Below are positions 9,287 through 18,697 of a stretch of DNA of 64,000 bases, one piece after another. Numbering within the stretch: position 1 is the first letter of the stretch; each line of letters starts with the position of its first letter. The DNA comes from an uncultured Verrucomicrobiae bacterium (GTDB lineage Bacteria; Verrucomicrobiota; Verrucomicrobiia; Chthoniobacterales; JAFAMB01), in the NCBI GenBank assembly GCA_963837955.1, contig CAWIPH010000001.1:160001-224000 (forward strand), in the 5' to 3' direction. Position numbers and translations under genes: made by a program. The notes beneath the pieces are model-generated. The model was not told the DNA's origin. It saw only the letters and a program-made list of their open reading frames with translations, and ran no database searches.

Positions 9287-10831
9287 ATGAACCCTACTGA
9301 CGTCCAAGCCGTGCGCGCCGAGCTTTTTGCGCGTTTGCAACTGAGGGAAGAGGAAAGCGGAGCCTTCAGTGGAAAATGGTCAGGAACCGGTCCGCTATTG
9401 AAAAAAAAATCGCCGATTGATGGCTCCCTCCTTGGATCGGTCCGGCAAGCAACAGCTGAAGAATATGATCGGACGGCAAGAGACGCGCAGCGTGCTTTCG
9501 AGAAGTGGCGTCTTGTTCCTGCGCCTCGCCGCGGCGAACTGGTCCGCCGGCTCGGCGCCAGGCTTCGCGAGTTGAAGCCGTTTCTCGGGCGTCTGGTCTC
9601 TTTGGAAGCCGGTAAGATCCTGGCAGAGGGTGAAGGAGAAGTGCAGGAAATGGTCGATATCTGCGACTTCGCCAACGGCCTCTCACGACAACTCTACGGC
9701 TTGACGATCGCTTCAGAACGCCCGGGACATCGCATGTTCGAACAGTGGCAACCATTGGGGATCGTTGGGATTATCTCCGCATTTAACTTTCCGGTTGCGG
9801 TGTGGTCCTGGAACGCCGCGCTGGCAACGATCTGCGGAAACTCCGTCATTTGGAAACCGTCGGAGAAAACACCTTTTACGGCTATCGCGTGCACCAAGAT
9901 CGCTGCGGCGGTCTGCGAAGAGGCTGGAGAAGATCCGGCGCTTTTTTCTTTGGTGATCGGGGGGCGAGAGACCGGCGCTTTACTCGCGAACGATCGACGG
10001 GTTGCGCTTGTATCGGCCACCGGCTCGGTACGAATGGGAAAAGAGGTAGCGCAGACGGTCGCCCGACGTCTCGGGAAATCGCTGCTTGAACTAGGCGGCA
10101 ATAACGCTGTGATCGTGACCCAGTCCGCGAACCTCGAAATGGCGAAGCGGGCCCTTCTCTTCGGCGCGGTGGGCACGGCCGGCCAACGTTGCACCAGCAC
10201 GCGCAGGCTCATCGTACACCGTGCTGTTCGCTATCCACTTCTGCAAGCTCTCGAAAAGGCCTACCGAAGCGTAAAGATTGGGAATCCGCTCGACCCGTCT
10301 ATTTTAATGGGTCCGCTCATTGACGAGGCGGCGGTTCAGTCGATGGATGAGGCGTTGGAACAAATCCGGGCTTCAGGTGGTTCGATTCGGGTCGGCGGTG
10401 AACATCTGTCCGGCCCAGAATACCCTGGGGGCCAGTATGTCAGTCCCTGCATTGTGGAGGCCCAAAACGATTGGCCGATAGTGCAAAATGAAACATTCGC
10501 GCCGATCCTCTATGTCCTGACTTACGATCGGTTGGAGGAAGCTATCGCCATGCAAAATGGCGTTCCCCAAGGCCTCAGCTCCGCAATCTTTTCCAATGAC
10601 GTCCGGGAAACAGAAACCTTCCTCTCTGCGGTGGGGAGCGATTGTGGGCTGGCTAACGTCAACCTCGGCACCAGCGGCGCGGAAATCGGCGGCGCTTTCG
10701 GAGGAGAAAAGGAAACTGGTGGTGGCCGAGAGAGTGGCAGCGATGCTTGGCGCAACTACATGCGCCGGCAGACTAGTGTGATCAACTATTCTTCGGAATT
10801 GCCTCTCGCGCAGGGGATCCGGTTTGAATGA
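9287..10831 (+). CDS. Aldehyde dehydrogenase family 7 (alpha-aminoadipate semialdehyde / piperideine-6-carboxylate dehydrogenase)
   Basis: GEVQEMVDICDFA, SERPGHRM, SAFNFPVAVWSWN, LLELGGNNA, GTAGQRCT, SGAEIGGAFGGEKETGGGRESGSDAW. Confidence 0.93.
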   Translation: MNPTDVQAVRAELFARLQLREEESGAFSGKWSGTGPLLKKKSPIDGSLLGSVRQATAEEYDRTARDAQRAFEKWRLVPAPRRGELVRRLGARLRELKPFLGRLVSLEAGKILAEGEGEVQEMVDICDFANGLSRQLYGLTIASERPGHRMFEQWQPLGIVGIISAFNFPVAVWSWNAALATICGNSVIWKPSEKTPFTAIACTKIAAAVCEEAGEDPALFSLVIGGRETGALLANDRRVALVSATGSVRMGKEVAQTVARRLGKSLLELGGNNAVIVTQSANLEMAKRALLFGAVGTAGQRCTSTRRLIVHRAVRYPLLQALEKAYRSVKIGNPLDPSILMGPLIDEAAVQSMDEALEQIRASGGSIRVGGEHLSGPEYPGGQYVSPCIVEAQNDWPIVQNETFAPILYVLTYDRLEEAIAMQNGVPQGLSSAIFSNDVRETETFLSAVGSDCGLANVNLGTSGAEIGGAFGGEKETGGGRESGSDAWRNYMRRQTSVINYSSELPLAQGIRFE

Positions 10832-11667
10832 TCTGCCAGGCTGATTTGGGTTTGTATCCAGACAAGATAATCGCCTAGTACCGCTTCACGAATCGTGTCG
10901 TTGTGCAGTTCGTGCCTCGCCTCAGGATAACTGATGAAGTCTTTGTTCGGGGCAACTAGCTTTTGGAAGTAGGCGCGGGTCGCTTCAATTGAAGTCACTG
11001 AATCCGCCTCGCCGTGGGTTAGCAGCACCGGCGCGTTTGCCAAAGGATTGGCCAGCAAATCCTGACCCATCTTCACTATCTCAAAATAGGTCCGCAGCCT
11101 GATAAACCCGTGCACCTTGTCCGGGTCGGGAAAGCTATCCTGAACGGCTTTATCGCGGGTTGTATCCTCGGGTCCGATTCCAGTTGGAAAACGGGATGCC
11201 GGAGCGATCGTGTTCACTAGGCGCGCGACGCCCTCCAACCACACTGCCGGGGGATGCGAAAGGATCAGCCAGGGCGAACCAGCGATATATCCGGCCGGCG
11301 GATTTTTGCCGGACTTCGCGTACGCCAGGACGATTTGACCACCGAGGCTGTGGCCAAAGAGAATGAGTGGTTGCGGACGTTCCAAGTAGACAATTGCCGA
11401 TTCGAGATCGGCCAGGTAGTCCTGGTACCGCTCAATGGAAATTGGTTTGCCATCGCTGAATCCATGGCCTCGCAAATCAAATGCGAACACTGAGAAACCA
11501 GCTCGCGAGAAAAAATCGCCGACAAGGATATAGCGACCGGAGTGCTCACCTAAGCCGTGGACAATCACGATTGTCCCTTTTGATCCGGAACCAGGTGTCC
11601 ACTGTCGGAAAAAACGGTCTCCGGCACTCTTTGTCTTAAACTTGCCGGTAGTTAAGGATGGTTCCAC
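10786..11667 (-). CDS. Alpha/beta hydrolase, lysophospholipase-like
   Basis: VHGLGEHSGRY, DLRGHG, GHSLGG, RHELHND. Confidence 0.9.
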   Translation of the reverse strand: MEPSLTTGKFKTKSAGDRFFRQWTPGSGSKGTIVIVHGLGEHSGRYILVGDFFSRAGFSVFAFDLRGHGFSDGKPISIERYQDYLADLESAIVYLERPQPLILFGHSLGGQIVLAYAKSGKNPPAGYIAGSPWLILSHPPAVWLEGVARLVNTIAPASRFPTGIGPEDTTRDKAVQDSFPDPDKVHGFIRLRTYFEIVKMGQDLLANPLANAPVLLTHGEADSVTSIEATRAYFQKLVAPNKDFISYPEARHELHNDTIREAVLGDYLVWIQTQISLADHSNRIPCARGNSEE

Positions 11668-11696
11668 GGAAAAGATCCAATCGACAGGTATGACAT

Positions 11697-12098
11697 TTGA
11701 ACGATCATTTGGGTGGCATGCGCTTAACTAATCTCCTGCGGTCTCTTCCCGCTGGCAAGACTTTGAACGAGTCGAAAGACCGTATAGTGAGCGCCCGCCT
11801 CAAGCGCATCGTCAACGAGGAGTTAAAGCCGTATGGGGAAATCCTTGAGCTCAGAGTCAACACGCTGGAACAATGTGCAGCCTGCAGCGTCCGTCTTAAC
11901 GGCGAAACGGAAGTATTGGATTTGGAACTCAGCCATTTCAAACTGACCAAAATGGGGACGCTCCGAGCAATCGAAATCGAAGGGCAAAACATTCAAACCT
12001 CTCGAGAGTGGCTAACGGCTTTGCTGCACGATAAGCTTGGCCGCAAAACCGCGCCCTTGCCGTCCCAACTTGGTTGGCTAATCGAATTCTTGAGCTGA
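11697..12098 (+). CDS. Hypothetical protein
   Basis: Fills the gap between genes with plausible globular composition; start may be 11718. Confidence 0.6.
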   Translation: MNDHLGGMRLTNLLRSLPAGKTLNESKDRIVSARLKRIVNEELKPYGEILELRVNTLEQCAACSVRLNGETEVLDLELSHFKLTKMGTLRAIEIEGQNIQTSREWLTALLHDKLGRKTAPLPSQLGWLIEFLS

Positions 12099-12123
12099 GC
12101 CCCGACAAATACAACCCCGCGCT

Positions 12124-12172
12124 GGTAGGGCGAAAGCCTAATCTGGCAGGCGCCAGATTGGCTTGAGCCGTT
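12124..12172 (+). repeat. GTAG-tagged REP-like element, copy 1
   Basis: GGTAGGGCGAAAGCCTAA-N16-TTGGCTTGAGCCGTT; the same flanks occur inverted at 31609-31658. Confidence 0.8.
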
Positions 12173-12222
12173 CTTTCAATCATACCGAAACCCACTCCCC
12201 TACCGCGATCGGCAAGACCGAC

Positions 12223-13119
12223 TCACTCTGACAACAATGGTCGCCGCGAGCGGAACGTTAATTCGGAAATTCCCGATTTATCGATCTCGCCTAGTCCGGC
12301 CCGCACCATCGCGTCGTACTGCTCTTTTGAAGCTTTTAAGAGAGGCAAGTTCAGGCCTTGTTGTTGGGCCAGCGCCAAAGCAATCCCACTGTCCTTCGCG
12401 GCGTGAGCAGCGGAGAAAAAAGTGCTGTGTTCGCGATCCATCATGTCCGGGCCGTCGGTCTCCAGCACGCGAGAGTTGGCACCGGTTTGAGCAAAGACTT
12501 CTGCGACCACTCGCGGATCCAGTCCTAAGGCTTCGGCCAACCCTAGTCCCTCGGCTAGACCGGCGGTGTTGATGTTCATAACCATGTTTACCAGTGCCTT
12601 CAGTTCCGCCGCCTTTCCTGCTTCACCAATGTAACGAGTCTTAACTGTTAGATCTTTTAGAATCGGCTCGGCATTGGCCACCGCTTCGGGTGAGCCGGCA
12701 ATCATCATAAACAATTTGCCTTCGCGAGCATGGGTGACACTGGAGGCCATCGGAGCTTCTAGCACTCTCGCGCCCAACTCCTCACCTTTCTGCGCGACCT
12801 CGCGATGAACGGACGGACTGATGGTGGCGCAGTTAACGAAAAGCTTGCCAGCCGCGTGAGTAAAAAGGTTATCCGGTCCGAAATAGATCGCGCGCATCGC
12901 GGCGTCATCGGTAACTACGGTAAATATCGCTTCTGAATCTCGGCTCACTTCCGAAACCGATTTAGCCCAGGAACAACCGAGTTCAGCGGCTAGATCCGTC
13001 GCAGTCTTCTGGTTCGCGTCAAAAACCGCGGAAACTGCATAGCCAACCTCTTTGAGTCGTCGCGCCATGTTTGCACCCATGCGGCCGACACCGACAAAGC
13101 CTACGCGAGGGGATTTCAT
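12223..13119 (-). CDS. NAD(P)-dependent beta-hydroxyacid dehydrogenase (3-hydroxyisobutyrate dehydrogenase family)
   Basis: VGFVGVGRMGANMA, EAPMASS, LKALVNM, FSAAHAAKD. Confidence 0.9.
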   Translation of the reverse strand: MKSPRVGFVGVGRMGANMARRLKEVGYAVSAVFDANQKTATDLAAELGCSWAKSVSEVSRDSEAIFTVVTDDAAMRAIYFGPDNLFTHAAGKLFVNCATISPSVHREVAQKGEELGARVLEAPMASSVTHAREGKLFMMIAGSPEAVANAEPILKDLTVKTRYIGEAGKAAELKALVNMVMNINTAGLAEGLGLAEALGLDPRVVAEVFAQTGANSRVLETDGPDMMDREHSTFFSAAHAAKDSGIALALAQQQGLNLPLLKASKEQYDAMVRAGLGEIDKSGISELTFRSRRPLLSE

Positions 13120-13187
13120 ATTCGAATATGGCTCTGTTCTAAAGATGACAACAGCCTTAAAATACATCCGCACCAGTCGTTACATCC

Positions 13188-13721
13188 ATGGCGTTCTACT
13201 CGCTTATCTTCCGCTCACTACGCGATGTTCAGGTGCCTTTCCTGGTCGTCGGAGGACACGCCGTCGTGCTCTCTGGGCACTTGCGGAACACTTTCGACCT
13301 GGACCTTCTGATTGGCGAATCGGCTCGAGCAAATGCGCGACAGAGACTGTCCGAGCTAGGATTCCAAGTCTATTATGAGAGCGAAGCTTTCTTGCAGCTT
13401 GCTGCCCCGGAACACCTCCCTCCGCTCGATCTGATGCTCGTCGAAGACGAAACTTTTAGCCGGCTTCTCCAATATACCGTTGAGAAAAACTTGGACGATG
13501 AAATGGTTCTGATACCAGACCCTTTGCGTTTGGTCGCGTTGAAGCTGCACGCGACCAGGACCCCCCGCCGGCGGAGACGTAACACCGACTTGGACGATAT
13601 TGCCGGCGTGCTTCGCGCCGCGCGCATTCCGTTTGATGACCCTGAGTTGCAAGTGATATTGCAGAGTTATGGCGGAGCCGAGTCCTCGACCGAAATTCGG
13701 GAACGGTTGCGAGACTCTTGA
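13188..13721 (+). CDS. Nucleotidyltransferase-fold protein
   Basis: VVGGHAV...TFDLDLLI (GG and DxD), ALKLHA, and late DLDDI. Confidence 0.75.
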   Translation: MAFYSLIFRSLRDVQVPFLVVGGHAVVLSGHLRNTFDLDLLIGESARANARQRLSELGFQVYYESEAFLQLAAPEHLPPLDLMLVEDETFSRLLQYTVEKNLDDEMVLIPDPLRLVALKLHATRTPRRRRRNTDLDDIAGVLRAARIPFDDPELQVILQSYGGAESSTEIRERLRDS

Positions 13722-13740
13722 AGATCGCAACCGGTTCGTC

Positions 13741-13902
13741 TTGCCGATTGTCCGGGAGCCGCCACGACAATGGACGGCCGATGAAATTGGAGACGAGGTC
13801 ATGCTCGAATCGATGGAGTTGCTGACCCAGGCAGCTCGGTTAGCCCCGGATTTCGAAGCAAACCGTCTACTCGAGAAGAATCCTCGTCGCTTCACATTTT
13901 AG
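13741..13902 (+). CDS. Small hypothetical protein downstream of the NTase
   Basis: Open frame LPIVREPP...NPRRFTF directly after the NTase stop; start uncertain (TTG 13741, ATG 13669 or ATG 13801). Confidence 0.4.
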   Translation: MPIVREPPRQWTADEIGDEVMLESMELLTQAARLAPDFEANRLLEKNPRRFTF

Positions 13903-14014
13903 AGCGCTAGGGCCTGAAACTGGGTTCGGTTTTCGGACCAGCAGTATCTAGTAGACCTTCCTTCGAAGTCTGTCCCGCCAGGCCTCCCGGCGTTTCAAAC
14001 AACAGGGCGGAATC

Positions 14015-14087
14015 TGGAGCCTAGGGGATTCGAACCCCTGACCTCCTCAATGCCATTGAGGCGCTCTACCAACTGAGCTAAGACCCC
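14015..14087 (-). tRNA. tRNA-Ala(GGC)
   Basis: Reverse complement is GGGGTCTTAGCTCAGTTGGTAGAGCGCCTCAATGGCATTGAGGAGGTCAGGGGTTCGAATCCCCTAGGCTCCA; anticodon GGC, G3:U70 pair, CCA not encoded. Confidence 0.97.
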
Positions 14088-14267
14088 TTGAATCAGCGGA
14101 ATCCGAAGTTAACGCGTTTTCTTTGGTTGGAAAGGGCTTTCTTGTGGAGTAACGCCTCGAAGCCCTGGCACTGATTCTCCGCACATTTTTGAGGATTTGA
14201 TCAGGTCTTACGAAGCGAGGCTAAGAGAAGAGGAATAATCCGCAGATTTCCACGGACTCTTTTATTA

Positions 14268-14511
14268 ATCCGCAGATTTCACAGATTACGCAGATTATTT
14301 TGTTTCCGTTCCTTGCCGAGGTTCATGTGACCAAACAAAGCGCTGATGCTCCAATGATTTGATAAGTTTGGTCATCCATACGATAGGAAACAAATAACTA
14401 TAATATTTAGCGTTTTAAATACCATATGCGACGTACGCGAATTATTTCTCGACTGACAGCCTAAGTGCCTTGGATTCAGAAAAATCTGCGTAATCTGTGA
14501 AATCTGCGGAT
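14268..14511. repeat. Element with perfect 29-bp terminal inverted repeats built from 9-mer units
   Basis: ATCCGCAGATTTCACAGATTACGCAGATT (14268-14296) and its exact reverse complement (14483-14511); AT-rich interior. Confidence 0.85.
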
Positions 14512-14664
14512 CACTTCTCTCCTCTCGAAGCAGCTCCATCCCGGGTTGATTCCATATAGTCTACTCGGCGGACTGGTTTTCCTCTCGGATCCCATTCACC
14601 TGCGGTTTATCAGCGGGACAAATTTGGTTTTAAAATTTCTTTTCAATCGGCATTCTGGCTCTCG

Positions 14665-15162
14665 ATGAATCAGGTATTGCCGCCTCTCCCCAACTCGCAG
14701 CCGCCCAAGCGGTTTCCCTGGCTAGGCTGCAGTCTGGGGTGCGGAGCGATTGTTATACTGGCGATAATCGGATTGGTTTTCTCACTCCTGGCGGCTCTGG
14801 AGTTGCCTCCGTTTTCCCACAACTCCACGCAACCAACGGTACCTTCGGACTTTGTGGGACTTTGGCGGACGACCGGTGATGTGGAGGGAACGATCGAAAT
14901 TCTCCCGGACGGCAGGGCATCCTGTAACGTCAAGAATCCGTCGAGTTCCTACGAGTTAAACGGGGCAAGAGCGCGATTCGATCCCAAAACGAATGTGCTC
15001 TCCATTAAGTTCTGGTTCATCGGACCAGAATGGCACGTCGACGAGCGCCCCAACCAAAAGGGTGAACAGATGGAAATGATCCTAAACGGTCAACGGTATC
15101 TGCGATCTACACCGGGGCAGCCGCCCAGTCCAAGTGCCTCCACAAAGCCGTGGGAGGTCTAA
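14665..15162 (+). CDS. Hypothetical membrane-anchored protein
   Basis: Pro-rich N-terminus, GCSLGCG followed by a TM helix, then a beta-rich domain (FVGLW). Confidence 0.65.
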   Translation: MNQVLPPLPNSQPPKRFPWLGCSLGCGAIVILAIIGLVFSLLAALELPPFSHNSTQPTVPSDFVGLWRTTGDVEGTIEILPDGRASCNVKNPSSSYELNGARARFDPKTNVLSIKFWFIGPEWHVDERPNQKGEQMEMILNGQRYLRSTPGQPPSPSASTKPWEV

Positions 15163-15367
15163 AATGTCACCGGTTGGCCGCGCTTGGCCGTCGGTTTGCG
15201 CTAGATCAGCCTAGGTCGGCTAACAAGTGAACAATATGGCAAATCCCGAACCGCTGCGTTATCGAACACCCCGATTCGCCGAACTCAGCGCGCCCGTGCG
15301 TTAATGCAGGCGCCTTAGTGATCTGTCATTTGTCATTTGTGATTCGTTGGCCATCTTTTCGCTTCCC

Positions 15368-16201
15368 ATGAAAACATTCCGTCTTAACCGGCTCTTCAAT
15401 GCCGAATCCTCCCGTTGTTTAGACGTCGCTGTCGATCACGGCTTCTTTAACGAGCTGGGTTTTCTAAGCGGCATTGAAGACTTAGCGCAGGCAGTCGGGA
15501 CGCTGGTCCAGGCGAACCCGGACGCCATCCAGTTGACGATCGGACAAGCCGAACTGCTCCAAGCGATCCCGGGGAAAGCGAAACCTGCATTAGTCCTGCG
15601 CACGGATGTGGCCAACGTTTACGGTCGCGATCTTCCCCGCACACTCTTTAGCCGAATGATTGAGAAACCAGTCGAGCATGCGATTAGGCTGGATGCGGCG
15701 TGTGTCGTCGTAAATTTGTTCCGGATTCCTGGTCAACCGGAGGTGACGGATCAATGCATCCAAAACATCCTGCGACTAAAACCCGATTGTGAGCGGTACG
15801 GATTCCCTTTAATGATTGAGCCGCTCGTCTTCCGCCCCAATGAACAGGCAGGCGGATATCAAGTGGACGGTGATCTGGATAAGATCTTACCATTGGTCCG
15901 GCAAGCCGTTGAACTAGGCGCCGATATCATTAAAGCCGATCCCACCGATGACCCCACCGTGTATCATAAGGTCGTCCGGGTCGCCCGAGTGCCGGTGCTG
16001 GTCCGGGGCGGCGGAAAGGCCGATGATATGGAAGTGCTCCGTCGTTCGGAGCAGCTCATCGCTCAGGGGGCGGCCGGCCTTGTCTATGGCCGCAACATTA
16101 TTCAGCATCCGAATCCAGGCGGGATGACAAAGGCGCTGATGGCAATCGTCCATGAGAATGCGAAGGCGGAGGAAGCCGCCAAGCGTTATTTATCTGTCTA
16201 G
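15368..16201 (+). CDS. Class I aldolase (DhnA/LsrF-like)
   Basis: VAVDHG, MIEPL, AVELGADIIKAD (Schiff-base Lys), VLVRGGG, YGRNIIQH. Confidence 0.9.
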   Translation: MKTFRLNRLFNAESSRCLDVAVDHGFFNELGFLSGIEDLAQAVGTLVQANPDAIQLTIGQAELLQAIPGKAKPALVLRTDVANVYGRDLPRTLFSRMIEKPVEHAIRLDAACVVVNLFRIPGQPEVTDQCIQNILRLKPDCERYGFPLMIEPLVFRPNEQAGGYQVDGDLDKILPLVRQAVELGADIIKADPTDDPTVYHKVVRVARVPVLVRGGGKADDMEVLRRSEQLIAQGAAGLVYGRNIIQHPNPGGMTKALMAIVHENAKAEEAAKRYLSV

Positions 16202-16220
16202 CTGTGTTTCCTATCTGAAC

Positions 16221-17354
16221 ATGAGTACGAAGAAAATCGTTAAAATCGGTATCATCGGTGGCGGGTTAATGGGGCGCGAACTGGCCAGCGCTTTGGCCCG
16301 CTGGTTCGCATTGACCGATCCTCCGGTCGATGCGCGTTTGGTGGCTGTGGCGGATCTGTCCGAGCCCGCCCGGGAATGGTTTCGAAAAATACCGACTGTC
16401 ACTCAGATAACTGCCTCGGCCCAAGAACTCATTGCAAACCCAGACGTCGACATCGTCTACGTAGCTGTCCCGCATCAGCTCCACCAACAAATATATTTGC
16501 AAGTAATCGAAGGGGGGAAGGATCTCCTGGCCGAAAAACCGTTCGGAATTGATCTTCCGGCAGCCGAACAGATTTCTGCCGCTGCGACCCGGGCTAAGCG
16601 GTTCGTGCGATGCAGTTCCGAATTTCCGTTCATGCCGGGGGCTCAGAAAGTGATCCAATTTATACAGGCAAAGCAATACGGGAAGCTGCTCGAAATTCGG
16701 GTCGGGTACCATCACAGCAGTGATCTGGACCCAAACAAACCGATCAACTGGAAACGCCAAGTGAAAACGTGCGGTCAAACCGGTGTGATGGGAGACCTAG
16801 GCATGCATACACTCCATATCCCGTTCCGATTCGGTTGGCAGCCGGTACGAGTCTACGCTCAGCTGCAGAAAATCATAAACGAACGGCCGGACGGCCATGG
16901 AGGTATGGCAATCTGCGACACCTGGGACAATGCGATCCTCAACACCGAAGTGGTGATTGATGGAGCCGAGGTGCCAATGCGAATCGAAACGAAACGCATG
17001 GCTCCAACAGAAACCAATACCTGGTACATTGATGTTCTGGGAACCGATGCGGGCGTCCGTTTCAGCACAAAAGAACCTAAGGCCTTGTGGCGTTATCGGC
17101 GTGCCGAAGACCAAGCGTGGTACCGAGTTGATCTTGGATCTCAGTCGGTTTTCCCAACCATTACCGGTGCGATTTTTGAGACTGGTTTTAACGACTGCTT
17201 CCAGCAAATGTGGGCATCGTTCTTAGCCGAACGGGAAGGCATACTTGGGGATCGTTTCGGCTGTGTAACGCCCGAAGAGGCAGTATTAAGCCACCGTTTA
17301 TTTAGCGCTGCCCTGGAAAGCCAAAAATCCAAGTCGGTCGTCGCCCTGAACTGA
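16221..17354 (+). CDS. Gfo/Idh/MocA family oxidoreductase
   Basis: IGIIGGGLMG, VYVAVPH, EKPFG, GVMGDLGMH. Confidence 0.9.
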   Translation: MSTKKIVKIGIIGGGLMGRELASALARWFALTDPPVDARLVAVADLSEPAREWFRKIPTVTQITASAQELIANPDVDIVYVAVPHQLHQQIYLQVIEGGKDLLAEKPFGIDLPAAEQISAAATRAKRFVRCSSEFPFMPGAQKVIQFIQAKQYGKLLEIRVGYHHSSDLDPNKPINWKRQVKTCGQTGVMGDLGMHTLHIPFRFGWQPVRVYAQLQKIINERPDGHGGMAICDTWDNAILNTEVVIDGAEVPMRIETKRMAPTETNTWYIDVLGTDAGVRFSTKEPKALWRYRRAEDQAWYRVDLGSQSVFPTITGAIFETGFNDCFQQMWASFLAEREGILGDRFGCVTPEEAVLSHRLFSAALESQKSKSVVALN

Positions 17355-17414
17355 CCTAGGCGCGGCACAAAAAATAGTACCGTTTTGTACGACCCTTTCC
17401 TAAAATAGACGCTC

Positions 17415-18437
17415 GTGATTCAGCGCTCAGGTATTCTTGCCGCCGGCAATTGGATTGTTGATCATGTAAAGCTGATCGACACATGGCCCAGCCAGGAAAC
17501 GCTGGCGAACATCGGTCGGGAGACCCAAGCGATGGGTGGTGCCCCGCCCAACGTGCTGGCCGGTCTGGCCAGACTGGGCGCGCAATTCCCTCTGAGCGGT
17601 GCCGGTATCGTCGGTTACGATGCCGGTGGAGATTGGATTCTGGAACAATGCGCCAAGCTTGGAATTGATACTCGCCTCATCACCCGCACAAATCAGGGCC
17701 CAACTTCTTACACCGACGTGATGAACGTGGCAGGAACCGGTCGTCGAACCTTCTTCCATCAACGAGGCGTCAACGCGCTACTAGGTCCAGAGTCGATCGA
17801 TTTGGTTTCCTCGTCTGCTAAGCTTTTTCACTTGGGCTATCTGCTTTTGTTGGATCGGCTCGATCAACCCGGACAAACCAAAGATACTGCGGCAGCCGAG
17901 CTACTCGATCGCGCTTCGCGTCTGGGATTTATCACTTCCGTGGATCTAGTCAGCGAAGAAAGCGATCGGTACCCGCGCCTCGTTCTACCGGCTTTACCTT
18001 ATGTCGACCTGGTGTTTCTGAACGAATTTGAGGCCGGCCACGTTTTCTCGACCGAAATCCGAGTGGACGGCAAAATCGACGTAAACGTGTTGCTGAAAAC
18101 CGCGCAAGCTCTCTTGCTAGCAGGGGTGCGGCAATGGGCAATCATTCATTTCCCCGAAGGGGTACTCGCGGTTTCTAAGCAGAAAACCATCTTTCAACCG
18201 AGCGTGCAGTTTCCTGAAGAAAAGGTCGTTGGATCGACTGGCGCAGGGGACGCGATCGCGGCAGGAATACTCTTTGGCTTTCACGACGATCTTCCGATGG
18301 AAGACTGTTTGAGGATCGGTGTTTGTGCGGCAGCCGCTTCTCTCCGGCATCCAAGCGCGACCGAAGGATTGGAGCGGATCGAAGAATGCCTGAGGCTCGG
18401 ACAAGAATTTGGCTTTCGTGAATCGCTTCTGAAGTAG
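17415..18437 (+). CDS. PfkB family carbohydrate kinase
   Basis: GGAPPNV, GRRTFFH, FLNEFE, GSTGAGDAIAAG. Confidence 0.9.
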   Translation: MIQRSGILAAGNWIVDHVKLIDTWPSQETLANIGRETQAMGGAPPNVLAGLARLGAQFPLSGAGIVGYDAGGDWILEQCAKLGIDTRLITRTNQGPTSYTDVMNVAGTGRRTFFHQRGVNALLGPESIDLVSSSAKLFHLGYLLLLDRLDQPGQTKDTAAAELLDRASRLGFITSVDLVSEESDRYPRLVLPALPYVDLVFLNEFEAGHVFSTEIRVDGKIDVNVLLKTAQALLLAGVRQWAIIHFPEGVLAVSKQKTIFQPSVQFPEEKVVGSTGAGDAIAAGILFGFHDDLPMEDCLRIGVCAAAASLRHPSATEGLERIEECLRLGQEFGFRESLLK

Positions 18438-18445
18438 CCGGCCCT

Positions 18446-18612
18446 TCCCGGAAGGACGTCACGAAAGTAGCCCAGTCCCGCAGCAGCGCATGCGCGCAAC
18501 CTAGGGCCGATTTCTGCTTCTCTGCCCCAGAGGGGCGCCAGGACTCAGCCCGGGGCTTTAACGGCTTTAACCCCGGGAAAGGTGTTCCAAACGTTCCGCC
18601 CTGAAAGCGGCG
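18446..18612. repeat. REP-like hairpin cluster
   Basis: TCCCGGAAGGACGTCACGAAAGTAGCCCAGT matches the arm at 34033. It is followed by GCCCC-aga-GGGGC, AGCCCGGGG...CCCCGGG and CGCCC-tgaaag-CGGCG. Confidence 0.6.
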
Positions 18613-18697
18613 CTAGAGTCGAACGACATTACCAAGGTCGATAGCCAACATTTGCTATTTGCTATTCGTCATGCCATTCGGCGACGGCCGAATGGCC

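Noticed and set aside
13903..14100. tRNA-Ala as an integration site of a genomic island
   Set aside because: No integrase and no duplicated tRNA 3' end found in the window.
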